DNA from: Mustelus asterias
Lineage: Eukaryota
Direction: 5' to 3'
Assembly (NCBI RefSeq): GCF_964213995.1
Contig: NC_135822.1
Location: 25,234,001-25,298,000 of the forward strand
DNA length: 64,000 bases
Part shown: piece by piece, positions 11,942 through 24,049 of the stretch
Layout: the number at the start of each line of letters is the position of its first letter
How positions within the stretch are numbered: the stretch's first letter is position 1
Made by a program: the position numbers and the translations under genes
The notes under the pieces: model-generated
Database searches by the model: none
What the model was told of the DNA's origin: nothing
Seen by the model: the letters and a program-made list of their open reading frames with translations, nothing else

Positions 11942-12552
11942 AGAATCATAGAATCCCTGCAGTGCCTATCGAGTTTACACTGACAACAATCCCACCCAGG
12001 CCCTATTCCCATAACCCTACATTTTTACTCTAGTCCCCCTGTCACTAAGGGGCAAATTGGCATGGCCAATCAACCTGGGTTCAATTCCTGGCTTGGGTCA
12101 CTGTCTGTGTGGAGTTTGCACATTCTCCTCATGTCCGCGTGGGTTTCCTCCGGGTGCTCTGGTTTTCTCCCACAGTTCAAAAATGTGTGCGTTAGGTTGA
12201 TTGGCCATGCTAAAATTGCTCCTTGGTGTCCCTGGATATGCAGGTTAGAGGGATTAGTAGGGTAAATGTTTGGGGATGTGGGATAGGGCCTGGGTGGATT
12301 GTTGTCGGTGCAGACTTGATGGGCCGAATGGCCTCCTTCTGCACTGTAGGGCTTCTATGAACCTAACCCACACATCTTTGGAGTGTGGGAGGAAACCGCT
12401 GCACCCGGGAGGAAACCCACGCAGACACGGGGAGGAAACCCACACAGACATGGGGAGAACATGCAAACTCCACGCAGACAGTCACCCGAGGCCAGAATTG
12501 AACGCAGGTCCTTGGCGCTGTGAGGCAGCAGTGCTAACCACTGTGCCACCCT
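11942..12552. mobile_element. Nested V-SINEs: plus-strand copy (12077-12359) inside a minus-strand copy
   Basis: AACCT duplicated at both junctions; outer halves join into one SINE. Confidence 0.8.
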
Positions 12553-12767
12553 CTTGATTCAGCATCTTCAGCAGACTTGTGGTGGTTAAGGGGAGGAGGG
12601 GTGGGGGGGCATGGGTGGAAACAAAAGAAGTCAGTTAACCGGCATGAGCTGTTCATGAAGTGGCAACAAGATTCCCCAAGGTTAAGGGGCTAGAATGGTG
12701 GAAGGTATTCTAAAGCAGGAGAGGGAACCCAACCTGTGCGAGTAAGTTTGCTGCAGTGAACTATTAC

Positions 12768-13033
12768 CTTGCACTTGTGTGTTATTGATCCGTAAGGACG
12801 GGATTCCGTGCGGTCGATGTATGGTCCAAAGCGGCGACGTCTGGTATCGTGAGCACCATCTTGATCATCCAATGTTGTGTCCGACTCTGAGGCACCATCT
12901 AACTTCTCACTGAGCTCAGAATGTGTTTGACTCTCTCTGCGACTGTGTGTCATCACATCCCCATTCTCTTTGATCTCTGTCTCATCATCCTGTTCCACTT
13001 TATCTACCTCCGTGAACTCATCTTCTGTTGCCT
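12768..13033 (-). CDS. ZBTB17: ZBTB17 acidic linker exon ending at the start of finger 1 (...FGPYIDRTESRPYGSITHKCK)
   Basis: ttttccacag acceptor, AAG|GTAATA donor; 266 nt, phase 1 to 0; C-terminus resembles Miz-1 DRTESKAYGSVIHKCE. Confidence 0.92.
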
Positions 13034-13050
13034 CTGTGGAAAAGAACAAA

Positions 13051-13873
13051 GATGTGGAGATGCCGGTGTTGGACTGGGGTAAGCACGGTAAGAAGTCTCA
13101 CAACACCAGGTTAAAGTCCAACAGGTTTATTTGGGAGCACAAGCCACAAGCTTTCGGAGCACTGCCCCTTCATCAAGTGGTTGGGGGTTGTGTTCACAAA
13201 CAGGGTATGTATAGACACAAACTCAACTTACAAGATAATGGTTGGAATGCGAGTCTTTACAGGTAATCAAGTCTTAAAGGTATAGACAATGTGAGTGGAG
13301 AGAGGGTTAAGCACAGGTTAAAGAGATGTGTATTGTCTCCAGCCAGGACAGTTAGTGAGATTTTGCAAGCCCAGGCAAGTTGTGGGGGTTACAGATAGTG
13401 TGACATGAACCCAAGATCCCAGTTGAGGCCATCCTCGTGTGTGCAGAAACTGATAGCCAAGTTCCGCACACATGAGGACGGTCTCAACCGGGGCAGAAAC
13501 TGATAGCCAAGTTCCACACACATGAGGACGGCCTCAACCGGGATCTTGGGTTCATGTCACACTATCTGTAACCCCCACGACTTGCCTGGGCTTGCATAAT
13601 CTCACTAACTGTCCTGGCTGGAGACAATACACATCTCTTTAACCTGTGCTTAACCCTCTCTCCACTCACATTGTCTGTACCTTTGAGACTTGATTACCTG
13701 TCAAGACTCGCATTCCAATCATTATCTTGTAAATTGAGTTTGTGTCTATACATGCCCTGTTTGTGAACACAACTCCCACTCACCTGATGAAGGGGCAGTG
13801 CTCCAAAAGCTTGTGGCTTGTGCTACCAAATAAACCTGTTGGACTTTAACCTGGTGTTGAGAGGCTTCTTACT
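13051..13873. mobile_element. Palindromic Penelope 3'-end insertion, 12 bp TSD GAAAAGAACAAA
   Basis: Two inverted ~350 bp arms homologous to 56850-57270; TSD at 13039-13050 and 13874-13885. Confidence 0.9.
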
Positions 13874-14648
13874 GAAAAGAACAAAACTAGCAGACAAGTT
13901 ATCCCAAATAGGGCAACCTTATCAGTCCACTGTAGCAACCAACATTCTTTCAAAATGGTTGACTATAAGGTGCCCGGCTGCACAATCGCAGGTTCTATCC
14001 CTGGTCTGTGTTGAGTTGGCTGATCTCAGGTGGAACAGCAATAAGGATACCATTAGCCTTGGGACAAGGAAAGGAAAAATTTGGTTCTCACCCCTGACCT
14101 CCATTCAGTGACTCCTGTTGGAAGGTGTGTGTGTTTATATGCTGGACAGAGAGAGAATCAGGCTTTAACATCATCTACAGTTATATATCTGCCAACACTC
14201 ACGGTTTAGGCTTTCATATGAAGAATGACCAGTTAGATGAGGTACCTGTGGAACTTTAAGCTAGAGTCAGCACGGAGAAAAAGAGAGACATTGCTTGGGG
14301 ATAAAAAGGAAAGTAAAATTGACATCTCTTCCTTGCACTGGCTCACTGTTCATCTCCCTCTCTCATTCTTAAAAATAGAAACATATCGGTGGCAGGCTGT
14401 TTGGAAGCATGGCGGCCATTGAATGTCTAATTGGTTGGTACTAATCTAATATTGACAACCAACAAGAGGGTCTCACTGAATAGTCAAGAGCTCAGATTTA
14501 TCGTGTTCACCTGATCAGACCAGACCAGACCAGACCAGACCAGTGCGAGTATTGTACAAAAGGGCACATTTTAAAAATAAGTAATGACACTACGCCCATC
14601 TGAAAGAGCTACAACCCAACTGATGACATTACAGACTGAAGAAAATAC

Positions 14649-14765
14649 CTTCATCGGGATTCTCTGAGGTACTGCATTCTTTGGTGTCATCTGAAGTGTT
14701 TTTCCTGGCAGGAAGGTGTCGGCGTTTACCATATATCTTTGAGACAGCATCTTTCACCATGTCCC
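14649..14765 (-). CDS. ZBTB17: ZBTB17 linker exon (GDMVKDAVSKIYGKRRHLPARKNTSDDTKECSTSENPDE)
   Basis: gccaatag acceptor, GAAG|GTATTT donor; 117 nt open frame, phase 1 to 1, fits between neighbouring exons; too short for the ORF track. Confidence 0.75.
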
Positions 14766-14944
14766 CTATTGGCAAACATAACCAGAGATAAGTCACAGAG
14801 ACTGAGGTAACCTACATGCAGACACACCCTCAACAAGGTGATAAATCAGTTGGGAATGCAAATGGCTCGAAGCCAAAGTGAACATAAACGTGACTGGCTG
14901 ACAGCACAGCACAATGCAGCATTGATGCATTTACACTGTGCAGA

Positions 14945-15325
14945 GGGGTAGAGGCTGAGCTCCCAAACACAGCCCGAGGTTCTGGATTCAAGTCTCACTC
15001 TGGAGCTTGAGCACAAAAATCGAGGCTCACACTCCAGTGCAGCCCTGAAGGAGTCCCGCAGTGTTGGAGGTGCTGTCTGTTGAATGGAGATATTAAACCA
15101 AGGCCCCAATTGGCTGCTTGGGTAAGGTGCCATGACACTATCCCTCACTCGACAACACAAAAATCCTAGTCATTATCACATTGCTGTTTGTGGGAGTTTG
15201 CCGAGTGCAAATTGGCTGACACATTTCCTACATTGCAACGAAAAAAAACTTTATTGCCTGTAAAGTACTTTGAGGTGTCTGGTGGTTGTGAAAAGTGCTA
15301 TATAAATGCAAGAATTTCTTTCTCT
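14945..15325 (+). mobile_element. Deu-domain SINE (SacSINE1-like); other copies 17150-17495, 2860-3190, 58200-58360
   Basis: ACTCCAGTGCAG...GGAGGTGC...ATTGCTGTTTGTGGGA...GCTATATAAATGCAAG pattern. Confidence 0.65.
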
Positions 15326-15694
15326 CCTGGGACGGGCGATTGAGAGAGAAGAACAAGCAAACTGGAGGGACTGCATCTCCTATTGACTGGCAGAGGCCTC
15401 TCTACCCACAGATGGCAGAAAGAGTGCATACTGGAATGTGGAGAAGTAAGCTCTGTACAGATGTTTCAACACTTAATGACAACAGAATATAATTTAGTGT
15501 AGCTGCAAATTTGACGTTAATTTCTAATACAATATAGATTTCAAACAGCTGCTTTTACCCCCCTTTTAGTTTCTGTTTTTGTCTCAGGAGAGTCAGACAC
15601 AGATCCCAAGCCAATTAACTCATGAGTGTCAACAGCATGAAGACTCCAGCATTTACAGCAGAACATTACTAAATCACTCTAGATCTGTCTTGCA

Positions 15695-16050
15695 GAGCAT
15701 GGTGGCACAGTGGTTAACACTGCTGCCTCACAGCGCCAGGGACCTGGGTTCGATTCCCGGCTTGGGTCACTGTACATGTGGAGTCTGCACGTTCTCCCCG
15801 TGTCTGCGTGGGTTCCCCCCCAGGGTGCTCCAGTTTCCTTCCACACTCTGAAAGACGTGCTGGTCAGGTGCATTGACCATGCTAAATTGCCCCTTAGCGT
15901 CCAAAGATGTGTATGTTAGGGGGATTGGCCATGCTAAATTCACCCTCAGTGTACCCGAACAGGCACCGGAGTGTGGCGACTAGGGGATTTTCACAGTAAC
16001 TTCATTGTAGTGTTAATGTAAGCCTACTTGTGACAATAGTAAATAAACTT
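15695..16050 (+). mobile_element. V-SINE/HE1-type SINE with alternative tail and duplicated junction segment
   Basis: CCATGCTAAATT occurs twice before the alternative tail. Confidence 0.85.
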
Positions 16051-16180
16051 TAAAACAGAAGCTCTTGAACTTTGATCACTGATTTCCACCCACAGCCTCT
16101 GACTACCTGGGGTAAAAATTCATGGCAGCAATGAGACAGGCATGGTAAATATATGGGCACAGGAAAGGACACTGACTGAC

Positions 16181-16360
16181 CAGGCTTGTAATCTTTGTCT
16201 TCATCATCCTCATACTCCATCGTTGTGTCATCGTCTTCTGACTCCACTGCTGCTTCCTCCCTCACTTCATCAGCTGGCTCCTTCTTTTCTTTTTCAGGAC
16301 AATCCGTGACCTGTTCTTTCTCCTGTTTTCCATCACTGCTCTGCGTCTCCAGCCCTGTTT
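16181..16360 (-). CDS. ZBTB17: ZBTB17 acidic linker exon (ETGLETQSSDGKQEKEQ...EYEDDEDKDYKP)
   Basis: tctaac branch-like motif and cctgtcacag acceptor give the required phase 1; G|GTCAGT donor; 180 nt. Confidence 0.82.
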
Positions 16361-16509
16361 CTGTGACAGGATTGGCACAGTTAGATGCAGACACCGTCTC
16401 AAACTACAAATTGTTTCTACTCGCTCTTTGAGTAGTTTTTAAAACTTTGTGCAGGAGGAACGAACAGGATAAAGAGTTTAAAATGCCCTTTTGTCTCCTT
16501 CATACATAC

Positions 16510-16704
16510 CGCTAGCCGAAGGAGAGGGCTTCTCTTTGGTGGTAGCCAGGGACAGTGTGCAGGACTTACCTTCGATGAAAGTGGCACAGGTGCTGACAAT
16601 GTCGTGCATCTGAAGGAAGCCGGCCACCGCCTGCACGTCAAAAACGTTCGTCGAGGTGAGGTTGAGTTTGGCTGTGTACATGAATTCTAACACCTGGCCG
16701 AGAC
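16510..16704 (-). CDS. ZBTB17: ZBTB17 BTB C-terminal exon (GLGQVLEFMYTAKLNLTSTNVFDVQAVAGFLQMHDIVSTC...); alternative donor ending the exon at 16570
   Basis: tttctcacag acceptor; two same-phase donors, AAG|GTAAGT (16570) and GCG|GTATGT (16510); which dominates is unknown. Confidence 0.9.
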
Positions 16705-17704
16705 CTGTGAGAAAGTATCTCATATCACTGGAGTTCAGTCCATCCCTGGTAAGCACATGAAGACTTCCCAGCTGGTCAGTCCTGAGCCACATTAGTTTCA
16801 AATGCTCGAATCTATTTCTCAGTGAGTCTCAAACTCAAAGCTGGAAATTTCACCTCATCGAACCGAGCAGAGCTGTTGTGAGACCATACTTCAGACCTTT
16901 CAACAATCCAATTGCCCAGCATCATGTTGCTGCCAGCACACTTCGTAAATGCAATTTTATGTTAGATATTTTCCTTCCCTTCCCCTCCTTGATTGGGAAT
17001 AGTTCCAAGTGTGCCAGATTCCCTCATCCAAGTGATGACCCTTCACACAACCTGGGCACTTGAGGCAAGATGCAGCATCCTCACTCTCACATGGGCTGAG
17101 ATTGGCCAACTTAAAGGCAGATTAGGGATCAAACCCGAGGCCGGTAACGTAAGCCTGCGCTGCAATGCAGTACTGAGAGAGTGCAGCATTTGGGATGAGA
17201 AATTTAGCTGAGGTCTTGTCACCCTTCTCAGGTGAATGTGAAAACATCCCGCCACACTACTCAGCGGAGAGCGGAGAACTACTTCTGATGTCCTGGCCAA
17301 TATTTACCCCTAATCCAACAACAAAGACGTACCATTTGGTAATTTATTTCATTTCCATTTTTCTGTGCGAACAGTGGCTCTGCATTTCCTATATTTCAAC
17401 AGTGATTACACTTGAAAATGAATTAATTAGCTGTGAAGAGCTTTGGGTCGCTCAGTGCTTGTAAAAATGCTGTATATATGCAAAACCTCTTTCTTTTCTA
17501 ACATGTGGAGCTCAGACTCAGACTGTATATACCCAGAGAACCATAACATCCTTCTGAAAATAGAACAGGGGAATTCTAGTTCAGATTGTTTGACGTGAAT
17601 TAAGGCACCAGGCTAATAAGATTGGCTTTAATCCAAGCTCATCCTAATGGCTTTCCACCTCCTCTGCACTGTGAGCCTGAGTGCTCGCATCCCCAATTTC
17701 TTAC

Positions 17705-17909
17705 CTGCTGCATTGCTGATGTCCAGGTGCACCACGTCTTTCTGGTCCAGGAACAATGTTCTGAAATACTCGCTGCACGCAGCCAGAACTGCCTTGTGCG
17801 CCTTAAAATCGATGCCGTCCACAACAAAGGTGCAGTCGCAGAGCAGCCCAAGATGCCTCTGGTGATTCAACTGCTCCAGAACCTGGTGACTGTGCTGAGG
17901 AAAATCCAT
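17705..17909 (-). CDS. ZBTB17: ZBTB17 first coding exon, BTB/POZ domain (MDFPQHSHQVLEQLNHQRHLGLLCDCTFVVDGIDFKAHKAVLAACSEYF...)
   Basis: Very close to the Miz-1 N-terminus; cag acceptor 2 nt before ATG; G|GTAAG donor; 205 coding nt. Confidence 0.97.
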
Positions 17910-17984
17910 CCCTGGACAAGGGGGAAAATCAAAGATCAGCCAGAGTCGCAGTAAAGATCCCGTCAAGCTGCACGACATCTGGGC

Positions 17985-18735
17985 TGTGTCACGTTCATAG
18001 AATTATAGAAGATCAAATTCAGGTGTGAATTATACAGTAAAGGACACAACCTTAGAAGCATTGACATACAGAGGGATCTGGGCGTATAGGTCCACGAATC
18101 GCTGAAAGTGGCAACACGGATGGATAAAGTGGTCAGGAAGGTATACAGCATGCTTGTATTCATCGGCTGGGGCGTCGAATATAAAGGTTGGCAAGTTATG
18201 TACAGCCGTATAAAACCTCAGTTAGACCGCATTTGGAATATTGCCTGTAGCTCTGGCCGTCATACTACCAGAAGGACGTGGATGCTTTGGAGAGCACGCA
18301 AAGAAGGTTTACCAGGATGTTGCCTGGTTTGGAGGGTATTAGATATGATGAGAGGTTGGATAAACTCGGATTATTTTCACTGGAAAGACGGAGGCTGAGG
18401 GGCGACCTGATAGAAGTCTACAAAATTATGTGAGGCATAGATAGGTTGGATGGTCAGAGGCTTTTTCCCAGGGTGGAAGGGTCAACTATAAGAGGGCACA
18501 GGTTCAAGGTGAGAGGTGGTAAGTTTAGGGGAGATGTGAGGGGAACGTTTTTCACACACAGGGTGGTGGGTGCCTGGAACGCACTGCCAGTGGAGGTGGT
18601 GGAAGCAGGCATGTTAGCAACGCTCAAGGTGTATCTTGATAGACACATGAGCGGGAGGCCGAATGGAGGGATAGAAACCACGTATCGGTGAAACTTACTG
18701 GGCCAAGGGGTCTGTTCTTGTGCTGTATTGTTCTT
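17985..18735 (+). mobile_element. CR1 LINE 3' fragment
   Basis: RGHRFKVRGGKFRGDVRGTFFTHRVVGAWNALP. Confidence 0.88.
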
Positions 18736-19055
18736 CGAATCCCTACAGTGCAGAAGGAGGCCATTCGGCCCATTTGGCCTGCATCGAGAACAATCCCACC
18801 CAAGCCCTATCACCATAACCCCACTTATTTACCCCGTGAATCCCCTCACGTTGATTATTTAGTGCACTGATTTCCAACAGATTATATGAAATGCCACAGT
18901 TTAGACAAAGCAAGAAATTTCAACATCAATTCAGGCTACGAAGGTTGGTTCATGATGCTCATATCTGGCTACCGAGTTAACTTGCAGCAGATGAATTAAT
19001 TTTCTGACAGTAAATGTTTGAGCTGACCAAGATTCATACCTTCAAATACAGACCT

Positions 19056-19403
19056 CATAGAAGAAATCATAGAAAACCTACAGTGCAGAAAGAGGCCATT
19101 TGGCCCATCGAGGCTGCACCGACCACAATCCCACCTAGGCCCTACCCCATATCCCTACATATGTACCCGCTAATCCCTCTAAACTATGCATCTCAGGACA
19201 CTAAGGGGCAATTTTAGCATGGCCAATCAATCTAACCCGCACATCTTTGGACTGTGGGAGGAAACCGGAGCACCCGGAGGAAACCCACGCAGACACGAGG
19301 AGAATGTGCAAACTCCACACAGACATTGACCCAAGCCGGGAATCGAACCCAGGTCCCTGGAGCTGTGAAGCAGCAGTGCTAACCACTGTGCTACCGTGCC
19401 GCC
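19056..19403 (-). mobile_element. V-SINE/HE1-type SINE with CR1-like tail
   Basis: Full head, core and tail. Confidence 0.88.
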
Positions 19404-19810
19404 CTGTTTGGAATTTTTTTCACTGGATGGTTTATATGTGTGATTGGTAGGTTTCGCTGCTTTTCAAAGCTGAAAAGGTGCCACAGAATAAAACATTCCT
19501 AATTCTGCATTGAATTGACTTCCTTTCTAAGAGAGGCTACTGAATGAGTGTTGTAAAAAATGGACTGTCTTCTGAGGTTGGGACCAAAGAAAGCTTCACC
19601 TTGCATTTATCCCTCGCTAACTGTTTGGTGGAACACTGTAGAGAGAGCTTTACTGTGTAGCTAATGATCCTATTCTTAAACTTAAGAACTTGATGCCGAT
19701 ATTGGTGTCCAAACTAGAAAATATTCCATTCCTCAGCAACATCCCTTGCTTTGAAAAATCACAGCATCAAAAAAGCTTAATAATTACAAACCTGTTACAA
19801 ACCAACTACA

Positions 19811-19945
19811 AGCTCTGACGAAGGGTCATCCAGACTCGAAACGTTGGCTCTATTCCCTCCCCACAGATGCTGTCAGACCTGCTGAGATTTTCCAGCATTT
19901 TCTGTTTTTGTTTCAGATTCCGGCATCCGCAGTATTTTGCTTTTT
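19811..19945 (+). mobile_element. Single-arm copy of the second Penelope-like family with hammerhead motif
   Basis: CTGACGA-A-GGGTC atcca GACTC-GAAACGTT; homologous to 10732-10970; older relatives near 32490-32700, 41120-41265, 53430-53530. Confidence 0.75.
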
Positions 19946-20266
19946 AACAAACCTGTAGTTCTGTTCCTTCACACGTAATGACAGAGCATTTCACCTGCTC
20001 ATTGAGTATCGGTGCATAGAAACGGAATTGTGCTCCTTCTAAACCAGCACACAAGTTAATGCCATTGGGATGGTGGGAAGGAGGAGAGAGGGAATGGGGG
20101 CCCAAGACAAACGGAGCTTTGCTCTCTAAAATAGCTTGCTCCTCAATGGACCGGTGAGGCAGCCCCTCACAATAAAGGTACACATTCAACCTGGGGAAAT
20201 ACGAAAGCTGATAAGGCTGGGGTTAGGCTGTGAGTCGAACAACAGAAAAAAGGATCCTGAGACTAT

Positions 20267-22430
20267 GGGGACGATTTTCCCACTTCACCACACCTGGCAT
20301 AGATCGTGCCAATCCTGGAAAATAGCGTGCGGGCCTAAAAATCGGTTTTGCATGGAGCGGTTTGCAATCATCCCGGCCTCTTTCTAATGGCATAAACCAG
20401 ATCGCGCACAGAAAGAGTGCAGAGCTGATTTGCATGAGATTGATTGGATTTCAGTCTCATTAGTGAGCGTGGCACGCAATCGTCCCCCCTCTTCCGGGAT
20501 GTTCCCACCTCTCCAGCGGGATGTCGCATGACCGGGAATCACTACCAGTCCCTTGAAGTGTGGTTTAGGCGCAACAGTTGCGAGGGTGAGCAAGGAGGTG
20601 AATACCGCTTAGCATCAATCTCCAGGCTGCAAGAGGCCGGGTCAGCCATTGTCATGGTGCGAAGTGGGGGGGAGCCTTCAAAGGTACAGGGCCTTGGAGG
20701 ACCTCGGGCTGGGTCGGGGGCTCCTCAGGTCTGTGGGTCACAGCAGGGTCAGGGTTCCTGAGGTCTGGGGTCATCGCTGGGTTAGGGTTCTCCCTGACTG
20801 CTGAAAGACCTCGAGGGGTTTAATGTGAGGTTGAGTTTAAATCCCACGAACGTTGCACTGTTTACCCTGCTCCACATCTGCTGTGGAGAAGCCGGCGTTG
20901 GACTGGGGTAAACACAGTAAGAAATCTCACAACACCAGGTTAAAGTCCACTAGCTTTCGGAACTGGCTGTTCCTTCGTCAGGTGGGTGGGAGTTCAGGTG
21001 GGTGAGAACTCCCACCCACCCGACGAAGGAACAGCCAGTTCCGAAAGCTAGTGGCGTTTGCTACAAATAAACCTGTTGGACTTTAACCTGGTGTTGTGAG
21101 ATTTCTTACTGTGTTTACCCATCTGCTGGACAGGCTCTGTGGTTTACTGAGGACATTCCATCCCAAGCTCCACTAACAGTCACAAGCATCAGGCCTGGCA
21201 GCTGTCGCCCCCATCAAGGGAGCTCTGCAGATGTTAACACGGGTCCTCACACTGCACAGACTCTGCAGTGCTCCCTACAATGGGCATCCATTGCATGAAA
21301 GTGCTTCTCTACCATCTGTCTGAACTGCACACCATGTCTGGAAGCCACTTTGCACCATATATCAAGGTAGGTGCATACAGGTTGATACTGCACAGATTCC
21401 TCAATGAGGATGTTCCCAAATTCACCCTTATGCCTTACGTGAGTGCCAGAACGCTAAGCCCAGTCTGCCTCATGCTGCCACCATTGGTCTGTAGTATCAG
21501 AGGTCCACATCCAGAGGGACAGCTTTGCATGCAACTGCACTGGGGTGCAGAAGACATTCTGCTGCATCATGTGAAGAGAGCGTCCTGTGACCATGTGGGG
21601 CATGGGCAGTGCCTAGGGCCGCTGAGGCAATGATGTGATAACGTTCAGCGGCCAATTGAGGTGGCGTGTGGCACTGGGGCTGGTGTAGGATTGTCAGCTT
21701 CCAGAATCATGAGGACACGGGGTGCTGGCAGGGGTTGAGGGCCCAGGATGGATAACCTTACAGACCATCTACTCGCCCCCCCCCCCCCCCCCCCCCGCCT
21801 CCCCCAAACCCGAGATTCAGCCAGTAGAGTTGGCAGTAATTCTCGTTGCTGCTATAGTAACTGACAGACGTCACCACCTGCGGCAAGGCCAACCCAGGCC
21901 ATAGGCCGCCCCAGAACAACAGGGGGCCGCTGGTCAGGATTACGGCTAGCTGCCCATCGGCCCATGGAGGGGGCCAGAAGACAGTGAAGAAGGAGACCTT
22001 GACTGTACAGGTCCCGCATGTCCTATAACGAGCTGCTGGACACCATGTGCCACCGAAGACTCCGCCTGAGCAAGGAGACAGTGCAGCACCCGTGCCACAT
22101 CCTTGCAAACCTGGCACCTCGTGGGGGAGGAGGACACCCGCTCCCGGTGGCCGTGAAGGTCACAGCAGCCCTGAACTTCTACACCCACTGGATCATTCCA
22201 AGGTTCAAGCGGGGACTTGTGCGGCATGTCCCAGTCATCAGCCCACAAGTGCATCCAGGTCACAGATGCCCTGTATGCCCAGGCATCCCACTACATCCAT
22301 TTTGACCCATGCCAGGCCTAACAACATATCCACATTGCAGACTTCACCACCATTGCCACTATGCCTCAGGTGCAGGGGACTATAGATGGCATGCATGTTG
22401 TCCTGCAGGCCCCATGGAATCAGGGTTAAG
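20267..22430 (+). mobile_element. PIF/Harbinger DNA transposon remnant with decayed HARBI1-like transposase (~22000-22420)
   Basis: RRLRLSKETV...LPVAVKVTAALNFY and, after frameshift, MPQVQGTIDGMHV (IDG catalytic region); GC-rich body; possible further piece at 25560-25810. Confidence 0.72.
20882..21120. mobile_element. Short palindromic Penelope 3'-end insertion nested in a Harbinger remnant
   Basis: Inverted arms; intact hammerhead core on the minus strand at 20947-20985; flanking CATCTGCTG duplication. Confidence 0.85.
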
Positions 22431-22619
22431 TGGGTGATGAGGATGCCATTCCAGGCTGTCGGTGCATCTCGGCCTCCATAGCCCTCACTTCTAGGACTGC
22501 TTGGGGGGCTGGAGGAGAATGGACCAAAGGATTACAGACGGAGGCGTCTCACATCAGTAGTGGGAGGACTGTTGGAGAAACCTCAGAAGGACAGCATTTG
22601 GCCCCACTTGGAAAGGTGT

Positions 22620-23870
22620 GGGTCGCTTAGGGATAGTCAGCATGGCTTTGGCACTTCGAAAAAGTGATTGAGTGTCTGGATGAGGGATGCACAGTTGATG
22701 TAGTTCATATGGCTTTCAGCATAGCCTTGACAAAGTCCCACATAGGGACTAACTGAGCCCTGTTGAAGCACATGGAAGTCAGGGAAACTCGGCAAGATGG
22801 ATCCGAAATTGGCTTAGTAACAGGATATGAAGGGTGGTGGCAGCAGGCTGTTCAAGTACTGGAGGCTGGTGTCCAGTGACATGCCACAAGGTTCAGTACT
22901 GGATCTCGTATTGTTTATATATACATAAATGATATAGGTGATAATGTGGGGGGATGGTCAGTGAGTTTGCAAATGACACCAAGGTTGGTAAGGTGGTTCG
23001 TGGTGAAGACAGTGGTCATAGGATAGGTCACAGGAACATATAGGCAAGTTGGTCAGTTGGACAGGGCGAGGGTGGTATTTTACCTTGATAGGTACGAGGT
23101 CATGCACTTCGGAAGAGTAACAAGACAGGGGTGTATGTAATGAATGGCATGACACCGGGCAGCTCAGTGGAACGGATTGATCTTGGGGTACTAATTCACA
23201 GATCCCTGATGGCATAGGGCAGGTTAATAGAGTGGTTGCAAAGGCATATGAGACACTTGCGTTCATCAGTCATGGCATGGAGTACAAGAGCAGTAAGGTT
23301 ATGTTGGAGCTGTACAGAATATTGATTAGGCTACAGCTGGTGTAGTGTGTGTGCAGTTCTGGTCACCTCACTATAGGAAAGGTGCAGTTGCATCAGAAGA
23401 AATACTGCAGGGGGTCATCGGGACCTGCCTGGGATGGAGCATTTGAGCTATAAGGAGAGATGGGATGGGTTTGGATTGTTGTCTTTAGTGCAGAGAAAGC
23501 TGAAGGGGGGACATGATTGAGATGCATGAGTTCATGAGGGGTAAGGACAAGGTGAATGGGAAGCAGCTGATTTCCTTGGTTGAGGGGTCAATCACGTGAG
23601 GGTAAGGAGCAGGAGTCTCAGAAGGGATTTGAGAGAAAGCTTTGCATTCAGTAGGTGGCGAGGATCTGAATGCACTGCCTGGAATGGTAGTGGAGGTCGG
23701 TTACCCTACAACCCTTTGGATTTGGATGAACGCTTGGAATACTACTGTATTTAGGGACATGGCACTGTTGCTGGAAAATTGTATTAATGCGACTTCAGAG
23801 GTAGTTATCGTCGGTGCAGACTCGATGAGCCAAAGGACCTTTTCCGTGCTGTATAATGCATTCTGTCTCT
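22620..23870 (+). mobile_element. Degraded CR1 LINE RT and 3' end
   Basis: Decayed SQHGF/DKVPH/FADD-like segments and CR1 tail. Confidence 0.8.
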
Positions 23871-24049
23871 ATGGGTACAGGTGGGTTACGAAACTCCCTG
23901 TGGGAGATGGCTCACAGAAAGAGGTATCGTGGCTTTGGGGTGTAATATCCTTTAATTGTTATCCTGTACAGTGCATACTATCCTATCCCTGACTACAGTG
24001 TCTGCCTTTACCCGTGCCTTCTTAGAGACCCTACAACTTCTTAATAATA

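Noticed and set aside
16398-16406. Upstream AG acceptors for the first acidic linker exon
   Set aside because: Both give phase 0, incompatible with the phase-1 donors of the preceding exon; the 16360 acceptor fits.
21990-22430. Domesticated HARBI1 host gene
   Set aside because: Frameshifted and truncated shortly after the first catalytic motif; a decayed transposon.
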